64,000 nt of DNA, from the IMG/VR virus record IMGVR_UViG_3300029288_001928, positions 69,444 through 133,443 of that record, one strand, 5' to 3'. The translations under genes were made by a program, and so were the position numbers. Source of the DNA: a virus (taxonomy: Duplodnaviria; Caudoviricetes). Every line of letters begins with the position of its first letter. Within the stretch, counting starts at the first letter, position 1. The notes below the pieces were generated by a model. That model was not told the DNA's origin. It searched no databases and saw only the letters and a program-made list of their open reading frames with translations. This document shows, in pieces, positions 18,069 through 29,029 of this stretch.

Positions 18069-18633
18069 AAATAAAGAAGATTTTGTACAACCTATAACTA
18101 TATCTGGTAAACGTTATATTGTAAAACCAGGAGAAGTTATATTTTCTGAAAGAGATTTAGATACTAAAATATATTCATTTCTTGAAAAAACAACAGAAAA
18201 AACTCAAACAAAATTAATAGCTTTAAAATCAAATTCACAACAACCAAATAAAGAAATAGAAACATTAAAAAATATTTTTAATAATTCAATAAAAGATATA
18301 ACAGATAAACTAGAAAAAACAGTAACAAGAGAACAACTTATTGGTGCAATAAATGAAGTTTTAAAAGAAACTCCTAAAATTGAACAAGAAGAATTAGAAT
18401 CCCTTGCAGCAGATGTAATAAAATTAAAAGAAACTCTTGAACATATATCAGATGATAGTATAATAGTACAGTTGACAAATTCTGTTGATGATATTAAAAA
18501 TAATCAGGAAATCATATTTAAAAGATTGGATATTTTAAAACAAGTTTTACAAAATATTGAATCTGTTATATATGAATCAGAAGAATATGTTATAACCGAC
18601 GATGAAAAAGGAGATGAAAATGCCACTGTATGA
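18055..18633 (+). CDS. Hypothetical coiled-coil protein
   Basis: ORF in operon. Confidence 0.65.
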   Translation: MPYYKNKEDFVQPITISGKRYIVKPGEVIFSERDLDTKIYSFLEKTTEKTQTKLIALKSNSQQPNKEIETLKNIFNNSIKDITDKLEKTVTREQLIGAINEVLKETPKIEQEELESLAADVIKLKETLEHISDDSIIVQLTNSVDDIKNNQEIIFKRLDILKQVLQNIESVIYESEEYVITDDEKGDENATV

Positions 18634-18811
18634 TTATGAGTGTGAAAAGTGTAAAAATGTACAAGAAGAATTGCATAGTATGAATGGTCCTAGTTATGAA
18701 ATTGTCTGTAAAAAGTGTAAAAGTAATAAAATGAAAAAATGTTTATCAAGACCTGGAATGTTTTTATTTGCTCATAAAGTTCCAAAACCACCTACTGGAG
18801 AACAAGAGTGA
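18620..18811 (+). CDS. FmdB-family zinc-ribbon protein
   Basis: MPLYDYECEKC...CKKCKS. Confidence 0.85.
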   Translation: MPLYDYECEKCKNVQEELHSMNGPSYEIVCKKCKSNKMKKCLSRPGMFLFAHKVPKPPTGEQE

Positions 18812-19113
18812 CAATTGCTATTACTGGAAGGTTTATTGCCCGATTGGGGGATAAATCTGATCATGGTGGTGTTATTATAACAGCAGATCCAGTAACATTA
18901 ATTAACGGTATTCCTGCTGCACGTATTGGAGATTTGCATGCATGTCCGCAATATTGGGGTGACACTCCTCATGGAACAAGACCAATAATTCCTATTGGAT
19001 GTTTAAGCAATCGTGGTATAATGTATGGTCGAATAATGGCATTAGAAGATGATATGACGACATGTGGTGCTAAAATAAAACCAACGCAGGATATAGGTGC
19101 ATCTAATTGCTAA
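18808..19113 (+). CDS. PAAR-domain tail spike tip protein
   Basis: ARLGD.SDHGG.I...INGIPAARIGD.H.CP...HG...CGA. Confidence 0.92.
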   Translation: MTIAITGRFIARLGDKSDHGGVIITADPVTLINGIPAARIGDLHACPQYWGDTPHGTRPIIPIGCLSNRGIMYGRIMALEDDMTTCGAKIKPTQDIGASNC

Positions 19114-19114
19114 T

Positions 19115-20119
19115 TCATAATAATTTTTCTAAAGGAAGATATATAAAATATTTTTTATATGCATCATCAAATTCGTTATATATTTCTTCCAAAATCAATT
19201 TATATTCATTATAAAATTTTTGTTTAAGAAGTATTCTTATTTGTTTAAGTTCTTTATAATTTTCTGATCTGTCTTTCATATTTAATGCATGAGAACCTAT
19301 AATAATATTATTATATGAATTATCTGATTTTATGTCATTTATATGTAATATACATGTATTTTTATCATATTTATATTCATTATATTTTGTAAGTGCCATA
19401 AAATAATGAACGTTATACGATTTTCCATGATATACACAACGAGGATATCTTTTACATACTAATGATTTATGTATTGTAATATTTAAATATTTTTTATTAA
19501 AATCATCATATATTTTATTTCCATCAATAGATATATATAGTTTATAAAATCCAGAAATTTTCAAAAATTGTTCATTATTGAATAAAAAAATTTTATTTTT
19601 TGGAATCTTCTGGTTATTCTTCAAATAATATTTTTCTGGTATTTTTAATTCATTAATTAAAAATTTAAATTTTTCACAAATTTTTAAAACTATTAATTTA
19701 TTTAATTCTGTATTAATTCCAAAAATTTTTGTATTATAATTTTGTGAACTCCATGACAAATTATTAATTTCATTATTTAATTGATTATCATCATAATGAA
19801 TACATACATCTTTTTTATTAGATTTTAATCCATTAAAAGTTTCTAATATCAAACTAGAAACAGTTTTTACTATTCTATGTTCTGACGTAGTAACTGTTAT
19901 AATTTCTTTTTTCTCTATTTTATTTAAATTGATATTTAAAGATATAAAAAATGAATCATATTTTTTTATAATAATTTTTATATTATTTTTATTAAAAAAG
20001 TATCCTTTATAAATTGGATGTTCTTTAAAATATATTGAGTTATACATAATATTAGTTTGATCTATTATTACTATATCTTTTGTTATAATAGGCATATTTC
20101 TAAATATTTTCTTTTCCAT
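19115..20119 (-). CDS. Putative HNH homing endonuclease with two HNH-like units
   Basis: CIHYDDNQLNNEINNL.W...YN and VH......CILHINDIKSDNSYNNI...N; very AT-rich; antisense insertion. Confidence 0.7.
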   Translation of the reverse strand: MEKKIFRNMPIITKDIVIIDQTNIMYNSIYFKEHPIYKGYFFNKNNIKIIIKKYDSFFISLNINLNKIEKKEIITVTTSEHRIVKTVSSLILETFNGLKSNKKDVCIHYDDNQLNNEINNLSWSSQNYNTKIFGINTELNKLIVLKICEKFKFLINELKIPEKYYLKNNQKIPKNKIFLFNNEQFLKISGFYKLYISIDGNKIYDDFNKKYLNITIHKSLVCKRYPRCVYHGKSYNVHYFMALTKYNEYKYDKNTCILHINDIKSDNSYNNIIIGSHALNMKDRSENYKELKQIRILLKQKFYNEYKLILEEIYNEFDDAYKKYFIYLPLEKLL

Positions 20120-20288
20120 TTAAAAAATCCTTTATATTTTTTTCTGATATTATAATTTTTCGGTTGCTAATTCTGTTACATTTTAATTGATTATGGTTTA
20201 TCCAATTATGTATTGTTTGTACACTTTTATTAAATATAATAGAAATTTCTTTTATATTATAATATTTTTCATTATCAATAATAATCAT
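20100..20288 (-). CDS. MerR/excisionase-like HTH protein
   Basis: YYNIKEIS.IF.KS.QTI.NWI winged-HTH pattern. Confidence 0.75.
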   Translation of the reverse strand: MIIIDNEKYYNIKEISIIFNKSVQTIHNWINHNQLKCNRISNRKIIISEKNIKDFLNGKENI

Positions 20289-20399
20289 TTTTATCTCCTG
20301 TATGTGTATATTTATAAAATTATATCAAAATATATAAAATTATTTGAAAGTTGTTAAAAAAATAGTATAATAGTATATTACAATATGAAAGGGTAATAC

Positions 20400-21371
20400 A
20401 TGAATAAAAAATTTTGGATTATAACACATTGTGATTTAGATGGAGGATCATCAGCGATTTGTATAATAAATTATATAAAACAAAAATATGGTAGAAATTC
20501 TGAAATAAAACTAGCATTTAAAACATATAAAAATATAAATGAATTTGTTGAACGGATATTAGAAACTGCAGATCAATATGAAAAAATTTTTATATCTGAT
20601 ATTTCTGTATCAGAATACATTGCAGATGGATTTCCGGATAACATAATTTTATTAGATCATCATGATACCGCAAAAAATCTTATAAAGTATAAAAATTGTA
20701 TAGTAGATGTGTCAGGAAAAGAATGTGGTGCATCTTTATGTTACTATCATCTTCTTAAAAAAGAAGGATTTAAATATGATCATTTAACACAGTTAGTTGC
20801 AATAACAAGAACTTATGATTTATGGATTAATAATTCTCTGACTCATGTATCAAAAAATTTAAATTTCATATTTTATGATTATTGGGGTGATAAATTTTGC
20901 GAAAGATTTGAAAATGGATTTGATGGGTTTAATGATTATGAAAAGAAATTTTTAAAAGAAAGATGGGATGGTGTATTAAGACAACAAAAAGAGGCAGTTT
21001 TAATAGATTTATTGGACAATGAAGTAAATAAAAAATTAAAAAATAAATTATGTCTATATATAACGGAAGAAAAACATCTTAAATCTGGTGATAATAATGA
21101 GTTATGTGATTATGTTTTAAACACATTAAATTATGAAGCAATTATTTGTGTTATACCTAGAAGAAACCAATTAAGTATAAGAATAAAACCAACATTAGCA
21201 GAAAAAGGAATTCATGTAGGCAAATTATGTGAAGAATTCCATAAAGTTTATGAATATACATCAAATGGTGGTGGGCATGCTGCTGCAGGTGGGGCACATT
21301 ATGAGGATGAAAATAAACTTGAATTATTATGTGATAAATTTGCGGAGAAAATTTGTCCATTTATAATATAA
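20400..21371 (+). CDS. DHH/DHHA1 phosphoesterase (NrnB-like nanoRNase)
   Basis: THCDLDG, ISDI, LDHH, CGA.L, YDLW and GGGHAAAGG motifs. Confidence 0.9.
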   Translation: MNKKFWIITHCDLDGGSSAICIINYIKQKYGRNSEIKLAFKTYKNINEFVERILETADQYEKIFISDISVSEYIADGFPDNIILLDHHDTAKNLIKYKNCIVDVSGKECGASLCYYHLLKKEGFKYDHLTQLVAITRTYDLWINNSLTHVSKNLNFIFYDYWGDKFCERFENGFDGFNDYEKKFLKERWDGVLRQQKEAVLIDLLDNEVNKKLKNKLCLYITEEKHLKSGDNNELCDYVLNTLNYEAIICVIPRRNQLSIRIKPTLAEKGIHVGKLCEEFHKVYEYTSNGGGHAAAGGAHYEDENKLELLCDKFAEKICPFII

Positions 21372-21378
21372 TATAAAT

Positions 21379-22342
21379 ATGAAAAAATTATTAAGAGAAG
21401 ATTTTTTTGGTCATGAAAAAGTTATTAAAGTAGCTTCACTTATTAATAAAAAGACCAAACAACATATTAATTATTTAAATATACATGATAAAGAAATAAT
21501 TAAAATATTAGTAGCTAATGAAGATTGGTTAGATTTTGTTGGTATATCTTTGAAAATAAAAGATAAAAAAACAATAATACTTAGATGGGAAATAATATGA
21601 AACAATTAATACCACCATTTATTTCTAAAAAATACAAAATAATTGATAATGGATTTTTTATGCATGGCAAAGTCCATGTTAATTCAGTAAATGATCTTTC
21701 TGAACAAGAAATAGAAGAAATAGAATCAATTATAAATAACAAAATAAAACTTGCACCAAAAATAACAGAAGAAACTTTTAAAAAGAGATTTTCTGAAAAA
21801 TATAATGAGGTATCTATGGAAGAAATTACCCCTAGTAAATTTACACCAAACGAAAAGTTTGTCGATTTTTCAACAGAAGAATTATATAATGAAATTAAAA
21901 TTAGATCATTGAGACAAAAATCAGAAGCAATTATAAATATTACACAAGACGGAAAAGTGTCATTTACAAATTTAAAAATAAACTGGCCGGTTGGGCAATT
22001 TAAAGTCGAAATCACTGCAGTTGATGAAATTCGTTCAGAAACAAAGGAAACAAAATAATGGAATCCGATATTAGACTACCATTAGATCTTCTTTTGTGTA
22101 ATGATGTAGATTCATTAGAGGAAGCATTAATATCTAAATATGCAGTTGAATTTGAATGTGAAATATTCTTTTGTAAGAATAAATCAGATTTAAAAGCTAT
22201 GTTAGAAGAATATGGAGATAACGCAAATTGGTATCCGATTGATGAGATTGAGAATGATAGAATTAAAGCTATTATTGATTTACTTAATCTTTCAGAAGAA
22301 AATGGTGTTTTAGGTCATATTTTAGATAGAATTGTTCGGTAA
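21379..22342 (+). CDS. Three small hypothetical proteins (21379-21600, 21585-22058, 22058-22342)
   Basis: Abutting ORFs on the same strand. Confidence 0.55.
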
Positions 22343-22409
22343 ATTTATAATATTCTTAAAAGTTGGAATAAATATAAATACTGATGTATTTATATTCTGA
22401 GGAAATAAT

Positions 22410-25400
22410 ATGCCAGGATTTGTAAAAACAGCAGCAGATGAAAAAGTTTGGTCAAAAGCTAAAAATATAGCAAAAGATCGTGGATTGTCTGGCGATTCAA
22501 TGTATGCTTATGCAAATGCTGTTTTTCACAAAATGAAAGAATCAATAGAATTAACAGAAAATGATTTAAATTTATTACAAGAAAAAATAGATGTATATTC
22601 ACAAATAGATTATCCTATAAAATCATTAAATGAAGAAGAAATATGGCATATAATGAATGCTATAATGACAGAATGTGAACATTTTAATAAAAAATTAGAA
22701 GAAGAAAATAGATATCTTGTATTAGAATACTTATTTAATAATTATAAGACTACTATAAATGAAAATGATTATTCTAGAATAAAAGAATATGTAGAAGGAA
22801 TGGTAATTCCTAATGCAAAATGTTCATATAATGATAAAGAAATACAATATGGTGTAATTTCAGAAGACTATATTAGTGGTGGATATGGTGGTGTTGCATC
22901 TAATGATTATGGTATTGGTGGAACTGGATACTATGGGGCAAATAATAGACGTAGTGGTTTTGGTGGACCCCGTGGTGGTGGTCAAATGTCTCGTAGAGCA
23001 ACAGGAAATCCTGATAGAGTAATTACTGCCGCAATAGGTGATGAACCAGTAGAAGTAAATATAGAACCAAAACAAAGTAATTATAAGCCATGGGAAGTAC
23101 AATTAACACCAAATGGCGAAAAAGTTAATAATATAGAAAGAAATAAAGTTCAAAATGATATAGATGATGAATGGAATAGTGAATTGGGTGCAATGATACA
23201 AGGATTGGAATATATTGGGTTAAATTTAAATGAATTGGAAGATATGAGTCAAGAGCAAATAGAAGATTTGATGATTAAAAAATTGAAAAAGGTTGGACAA
23301 GATTTTCAAAAAGAAATGGGTACACAATTAACGGAAGATATGAATATTCCAGATAAAATTACTGCTCTATTTGAAGATGATATAGAAACATTAGAAGAAA
23401 AACTACAAAAACATTCTAGAATACAAGATGCAAGAGAAGTATTATCTACAAAACATCAAGTACATAAGGCAATAGAAAAAAATAAAGATAGAGCATATGT
23501 TATAGATCAATATGGTGTTGAAAAATTAATGAAACAATATGGCTATGTATATGATGATAATAATCTAAAATGGTTAAAGAAAGCACATTCTCCATCACCA
23601 GAAGATGTAAAACCAAAATCATCTACTGATACAAAACCTACTGATATTAAAGCACCAAAAAATTTACCAGACGAAGATAAAGAAAAAATATCAAAACCAG
23701 AAGATTTTAATGTTGTTGGTGATGTTCCAGAAAAACAATCATCTGAAACAACAGATGGTTTAGAAAAATTAGAACCAACAGAAAAAGATTATAATAAATT
23801 TAAAACAATTAAAGATCCTGTAACATTAGAATCTAAATTAAAGCCGTTAATGGCCAGATTTATTATTTCTTTAAGCCAAGAGTCTAAGGAACCTTCTGAA
23901 TTTGAATTGAAAGACAATGGTTTACTAGTTCCAAAGATTGAAGATAAAGAAGTATTATTAAAAATGCATGATAGAAAATTGGAATGGAATGGAGAAAAAG
24001 ATATTTGGGTTGATGATACAAACACGTTACCAGAAATAATTTTTAATTCTGGTGATTCAAGACAATCTTTATTGGCTAGATCGTATCTTGCATCTATGGG
24101 AGAAATTGCTGCAATTCAATTTGATATGGAACACAATCCATTATTTTCAGCAGAAGAATCAAATAATAGAATGGAATCACATGGATATGTCTGGAATGGA
24201 GAAGTTAATAAGTGGTTGTATAATCAAAAAGATTTAGCAGAATCTTTAAATGAAAGTGTATTATATGAACAAGAACCTAAAAAACCAGAAATAAAATTAG
24301 CAATTCCTGATAATAAAGCAGAAGAATTACAAGCAAGATTTTTATATAGAGCAATACAATTAAAAGCATTAGAAAATGTTCCAGATTGGCAAAAACCAAA
24401 AATTGATGCAATAAAAGATCAAATTATTGATCCTACATTAGATTTAAAATCATTAAATATTAATATTATTGAAAAACTTCTTACTGGAAAAGGTTCTGCT
24501 GTAAATGATAATACATCAGATAAAAATAATAATGAAACTAAAAAAGTTGAAGAAACATTAATATCTCGTATGAAACAATTGTTTTCGGAACAAGATGATG
24601 AATTAACTCTTTCTGGGGATGAAGAGAATGATCCTGCTGATGAACTTTCTATTCAAGGAGATCCAGAAGAGGATAAAAATGAACCAGCCGGAAATACTAC
24701 ATGGGATATGGAAAACGATGATTCTGATCTAAGTAAAGTATTATTGGATAATAAGAATAATATAGTTCCTAATGAAATATATGAATGGAATGATAATTTA
24801 CATTTCTGGGTTGAAGGAAGAGGATCAAAAGCATTTCCCTCTGTATTAGAAGATAAAGGCGAAAATATACAATCATTTACTGGTCGAGCAATAATAGCAC
24901 AAAAAGATTTACGGGCAATCCAGTTTGAAGAAAGTGGTATGCCATTAATGGATAAAGATAGAGTTTTAAGAATATTAAAACAAAATGATATTAAATGGTC
25001 GGATAAAAGAAATATTTGGTTTACTGGAACAGAAATTGATGAGGAAGATATTCAAGAAGAATTAAATGAATTGGAAAATCTACTTAAAAAGAATGATGAT
25101 AAAATATTAAAAAGATATAATAATGGTACAGCATTTAATGGTGATATAATACCCATTACAGAATATACTGGATTGGTGAATGCTATTATTGCTAAAAAAA
25201 TAATAGCTGGTGGAAAATTATCTGAAAAAGAATGGTACTATGCACCAGAAGGTAATGAGTTGGAAATTAAAAAGGGTGAAGATAGAAGAGAAAAAGAAAG
25301 AAATATATTTAAAGAAAAATATGATATAAGAAAAGAGAAAATAGAAGATGAAAATGTTGAACCAGAATTAACACACAAAATAACTATTAAACCAAAAGTT

Positions 25401-25691
25401 AAATTGGGTAATATTTTAAAGAAGAAATTAATGGCAGGATTGAAAAATGTTACAAAAGGACTATTAAAAGCATCTCTTGGTACGGCAGGAAACTTAATAA
25501 AAACTGGTGCAATGATTTTAGCAGCATCACAAGGATATCAAGGTCCATTTATGTTTATGCCATTTGGAAAAGATTCATATAAAAAGATATGGAACTTTAT
25601 GTATGCTAATAAACAAGCAACATCATTAGATAAAGAATTGAGAAGAAAAGGGTCGTCTAATATGTCGTCACAAAAAAATAAGACAAATTAA
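22410..25691 (+). CDS. Large acidic late protein with internal repeats, probable virion/ejected protein
   Basis: 1093 aa; TATAAATA at 22373-22380; Gly-rich patch; repeated QS..AR..A...AIQF...PL...W...W units. Confidence 0.7.
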   Translation: MPGFVKTAADEKVWSKAKNIAKDRGLSGDSMYAYANAVFHKMKESIELTENDLNLLQEKIDVYSQIDYPIKSLNEEEIWHIMNAIMTECEHFNKKLEEENRYLVLEYLFNNYKTTINENDYSRIKEYVEGMVIPNAKCSYNDKEIQYGVISEDYISGGYGGVASNDYGIGGTGYYGANNRRSGFGGPRGGGQMSRRATGNPDRVITAAIGDEPVEVNIEPKQSNYKPWEVQLTPNGEKVNNIERNKVQNDIDDEWNSELGAMIQGLEYIGLNLNELEDMSQEQIEDLMIKKLKKVGQDFQKEMGTQLTEDMNIPDKITALFEDDIETLEEKLQKHSRIQDAREVLSTKHQVHKAIEKNKDRAYVIDQYGVEKLMKQYGYVYDDNNLKWLKKAHSPSPEDVKPKSSTDTKPTDIKAPKNLPDEDKEKISKPEDFNVVGDVPEKQSSETTDGLEKLEPTEKDYNKFKTIKDPVTLESKLKPLMARFIISLSQESKEPSEFELKDNGLLVPKIEDKEVLLKMHDRKLEWNGEKDIWVDDTNTLPEIIFNSGDSRQSLLARSYLASMGEIAAIQFDMEHNPLFSAEESNNRMESHGYVWNGEVNKWLYNQKDLAESLNESVLYEQEPKKPEIKLAIPDNKAEELQARFLYRAIQLKALENVPDWQKPKIDAIKDQIIDPTLDLKSLNINIIEKLLTGKGSAVNDNTSDKNNNETKKVEETLISRMKQLFSEQDDELTLSGDEENDPADELSIQGDPEEDKNEPAGNTTWDMENDDSDLSKVLLDNKNNIVPNEIYEWNDNLHFWVEGRGSKAFPSVLEDKGENIQSFTGRAIIAQKDLRAIQFEESGMPLMDKDRVLRILKQNDIKWSDKRNIWFTGTEIDEEDIQEELNELENLLKKNDDKILKRYNNGTAFNGDIIPITEYTGLVNAIIAKKIIAGGKLSEKEWYYAPEGNELEIKKGEDRREKERNIFKEKYDIRKEKIEDENVEPELTHKITIKPKVKLGNILKKKLMAGLKNVTKGLLKASLGTAGNLIKTGAMILAASQGYQGPFMFMPFGKDSYKKIWNFMYANKQATSLDKELRRKGSSNMSSQKNKTN

Positions 25692-26740
25692 ACTATCCAC
25701 CCACCACCTAAACAATGTCTTGACCCATCAGTTAATTCATCAGAATATATTACAGCAGTTTGACCCTTATTGGCCTTTACGATTTTATCATTCACTAGCG
25801 TAATTATATTGCCGTTTATGGTACATTTATGCAAAGTACCACCATGCCGAACTCGTACCCATCCGGCTGTAGGAATAATTGGTGAAATCCAATTTGGTCG
25901 TTCAATGTTAATGGTGTCTGTTAATAATGATTCTCGTGGCCCCACCACAAGCACATTATTAATAACATCTATTTTAATAACAAACATTTTTACAGGTTTA
26001 AAAATTTCTAGTCTCTGACTTTGGCCAATTGTATATAAAACTGCCCCCTTGTGGCGACCGATTATATTACCATCTAAATCTAATACATTTCCTGGGTTAC
26101 AATAATCAGGTAAATGTCTCTTTAAAAAATTACTATTTCCATCGGATATAAAACATACATCCATTGATTCTTTTTTATTCCAATTTGGAAGATTTGAATC
26201 TTTACCAATATTTCGAACATATGGTTTAGTCATACCACCAATAGGAAATATGGTGTTAGATAATTGTTCCTGTGTCATTTGCCATAAAAAGAATGTCTGA
26301 TCTTTTTTAAGATCATATGAAGTTTTCAACATGTAAAAATCATTTACCTGTTCAATTCTTGCATAATGACCAGTTGCAATCTTTTCACATCCTAACTTTT
26401 TTGCAAACTCCCACATATAATGCCACTTACAATGTGAGTTACAAATTGTACATGGACTCGGAGTTTCACCATTTTTAAAAGAATTAATATAATATTTTAC
26501 AACATCATTGTAAAATTGATCTGTTAAAGTATATAGATAATGAGGAAATCCCTTATCATTAGCAATTAACTTTAGGTTTAAATGGTCTTGTGGACCGCAA
26601 CACGAACCTTCCCGTGAAGTGATACACTCACTCCAAAGTCTCATTGTTACACCAATAACATCATATCCTTGCTCTTGTAAAACAATAGCAGATGTTGAAC
26701 TGTCTATACCACCAGATAAACCGACTGCGACCTTAACCAT
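25688..26740 (-). CDS. mnmA: tRNA U34 2-thiouridylase MnmA
   Basis: SGGIDS PP-loop, TPSPC..CN, IATGHY, KDQTFFL, ESMDVCF, YTIGQ and GQ.AV.Y motifs. Confidence 0.95.
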   Translation of the reverse strand: MVKVAVGLSGGIDSSTSAIVLQEQGYDVIGVTMRLWSECITSREGSCCGPQDHLNLKLIANDKGFPHYLYTLTDQFYNDVVKYYINSFKNGETPSPCTICNSHCKWHYMWEFAKKLGCEKIATGHYARIEQVNDFYMLKTSYDLKKDQTFFLWQMTQEQLSNTIFPIGGMTKPYVRNIGKDSNLPNWNKKESMDVCFISDGNSNFLKRHLPDYCNPGNVLDLDGNIIGRHKGAVLYTIGQSQRLEIFKPVKMFVIKIDVINNVLVVGPRESLLTDTINIERPNWISPIIPTAGWVRVRHGGTLHKCTINGNIITLVNDKIVKANKGQTAVIYSDELTDGSRHCLGGGWIV

Positions 26741-26783
26741 TTTTGTTTCCTTTGGTCGCATTATAACAGTATGAGTTTAAAAG

Positions 26784-27098
26784 TCAATTATTTAATAATT
26801 CCACGTCGGTTTCTGCTGATCTTATAATTTCATAAATTATATCGTCTAATTCACTTGGGCCATATTTAAAATCGTAATACATTCGTAATCCGCCAAATTT
26901 TTCTTTTATTTGACAAAATTCTATTTGTCCAACAAGACTATCACATGCATTCTGTATTCTTTCACATGCGTTTTCAATAATATCATACCAAGTATTTGGA
27001 CATTCTATTCCAAAATACATACAAGATTGTGACATTGGAAGATTTACTTGTTTAAATAAAAGAGGATATTTTTTATACAAATTTTCTTGATTTAGCAT
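26784..27098 (-). CDS. Conserved phage hypothetical protein
   Basis: GIEC..W...QIKEKFGGLRMYY motif. Confidence 0.7.
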   Translation of the reverse strand: MLNQENLYKKYPLLFKQVNLPMSQSCMYFGIECPNTWYDIIENACERIQNACDSLVGQIEFCQIKEKFGGLRMYYDFKYGPSELDDIIYEIIRSAETDVELLNN

Positions 27099-27101
27099 TG
27101 T

Positions 27102-27788
27102 TTATTCCTTTTTAAATAATCTAGGTCTATCGTGTATTCCACAAAATGATTTAAAATTATTATTTAATATTGATGAATCAATTTCGTATTTTTCTGTTAT
27201 ACTGAAAAAATCATCATTTGCAGTACATCCCCCACATCCTTCTCCTATATATAGCAAAATTTGCCCAGGTTTCATTTTATTCCATATTTTAAATGCGACA
27301 TTATCCATATATGGCCATGACAAAATGAATAAATCGGTATCTTGATTATCTTTAACATATTGAATAGAGTCTTTGTCATCAACCCATTGACAATAAGAAA
27401 AATCATGACCCCATGACAAATTATCAACACATGAATGTATATTATAACCGTATTTTCTAATCCAATGAGTTAACCATCCTGCACCGCATGACAGTTCTAT
27501 AACTTTTTTAAATTGTTTTAGATAATTTACTAAATCAGTTATCCATTCATGTGATAATATTGCAAAATTAAATCTACAATAAACTTGACGAATTTCAAAT
27601 GTATTAACCATAGAGACTGATGAGTTTTTAATATCTTTTGTCCATTCAAAATCATCAAACAAAATTACTTTAGAATAATCTTTTATAGTAGGCAATTTTT
27701 CTGAATTGAATTTAAAAGTTTTTTCGACAATATTAGTTTTTTGATTTTTGATAGATTTCATCGTAAACCTTTTTAAAATAACTGTCAT
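27102..27788 (-). CDS. SAM-dependent methyltransferase-fold protein
   Basis: VIELSCGAGW glycine loop, LSWP, YIGE..GGC.A.D.F. Confidence 0.65.
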   Translation of the reverse strand: MTVILKRFTMKSIKNQKTNIVEKTFKFNSEKLPTIKDYSKVILFDDFEWTKDIKNSSVSMVNTFEIRQVYCRFNFAILSHEWITDLVNYLKQFKKVIELSCGAGWLTHWIRKYGYNIHSCVDNLSWGHDFSYCQWVDDKDSIQYVKDNQDTDLFILSWPYMDNVAFKIWNKMKPGQILLYIGEGCGGCTANDDFFSITEKYEIDSSILNNNFKSFCGIHDRPRLFKKE

Positions 27789-28087
27789 ATAAACAAACCC
27801 AATATTTATTATAACATTTAATTATTTTTAATTCATCAACAGTCATATTATTTTCTTGCCAATATGCAATGATATTTTCTTTTAATTTCATTGCAGATTT
27901 ATATGTTCTTGATGCATAACATGCATCAATTTCCTCTTGTGGAGGAAATTGATTTTTATATTTATTTTTTATATGTCTAAATGATTTAAAACAAAAAGTT
28001 TCATAGAAAAATCTAATCATTTCCATTATTTCATCAGTAGATGGAAATGTTAGACAATATAATTTTTCGTGTTTTTTCCATTCCATT

Positions 28088-28594
28088 TCAATCTTTTGTT
28101 CCTGGAACAGACATATAATGTTGCTCTTTTTTATTATATACTGTTACTGCATCACATACTTTCTTTATTGGCCATGCCCCATTCACTTCTGCAGTGAAGG
28201 ATTCATTATTAAAATCATAGTTAACATCTAAATTCACTTTATGTTTTTGTGCAACTTCAAGTAAATCTTTTACAAAAGATTCATGTTTTATTTTATTTAT
28301 CATGTCTTTTCCTTCTTTATATTGTGAGTATGGAATCATTTTAAACTGTTTTCCGTCTTTATCAGTTATTGTATGGACAGTCTCATTATGTTCTATATCT
28401 TCAAGGACCATTTCTATATTATCTTGCATATCTTCGATTGTCCATTCTAATTTCTTTTTTAATTCAATCTTTCCATTATCTAATAGATTTATAGAAAGTA
28501 TAGTATGTTCGTTCCATCCAAGATCTTCTAATAGAAGAGGATCAAGAACAATAAATTGTCCATTTGCATCCTCTTGTATGATTGTTTTATACAT
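28088..28594 (-). CDS. AbrB-like plus Phd/YefM-like antitoxin-fold protein
   Basis: N-terminal I.L...LL..LGW.E...L AbrB pattern, then TIEDMQDNIE.VLE.IE....I......MIPY Phd-like pattern. Confidence 0.45.
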   Translation of the reverse strand: MYKTIIQEDANGQFIVLDPLLLEDLGWNEHTILSINLLDNGKIELKKKLEWTIEDMQDNIEMVLEDIEHNETVHTITDKDGKQFKMIPYSQYKEGKDMINKIKHESFVKDLLEVAQKHKVNLDVNYDFNNESFTAEVNGAWPIKKVCDAVTVYNKKEQHYMSVPGTKD

Positions 28595-29029
28595 TATATC
28601 CTCACTTTATTTTGTTAGATTTTTCTTCCCACTCGCCACCCATTGCTCTACATAGATCTTTTAATAGTTCTTTTAATGCTGTATTTCCACGGGTATCTAG
28701 ATACGAATTTGATTCACCCATTCTAGGAGAAAATGCCTTAACTAATATTGCTTCAATTCTACAACTACGATCAATATGCTCATCTTTTGTTAAAGGCGTA
28801 TGACGCTCTAAAACCTCTGTGGTAGTAGGTTTCCAATCACATGGTATTGTTTCTGTGTCTTGAAATGAACTTTCTTCGCTTTTAACAGGAACATATTCTT
28901 TTGTTCCATCAGTATGTTCTATTGCCTTGCATAGTTTTCCATTAATGAAAACTATATCTACAAGGGTTGCATCTAGTTTATCCATAAGATATTTCCTTTG
29001 TAAGAAGTATAACTAGTTTAAATAGAAAG

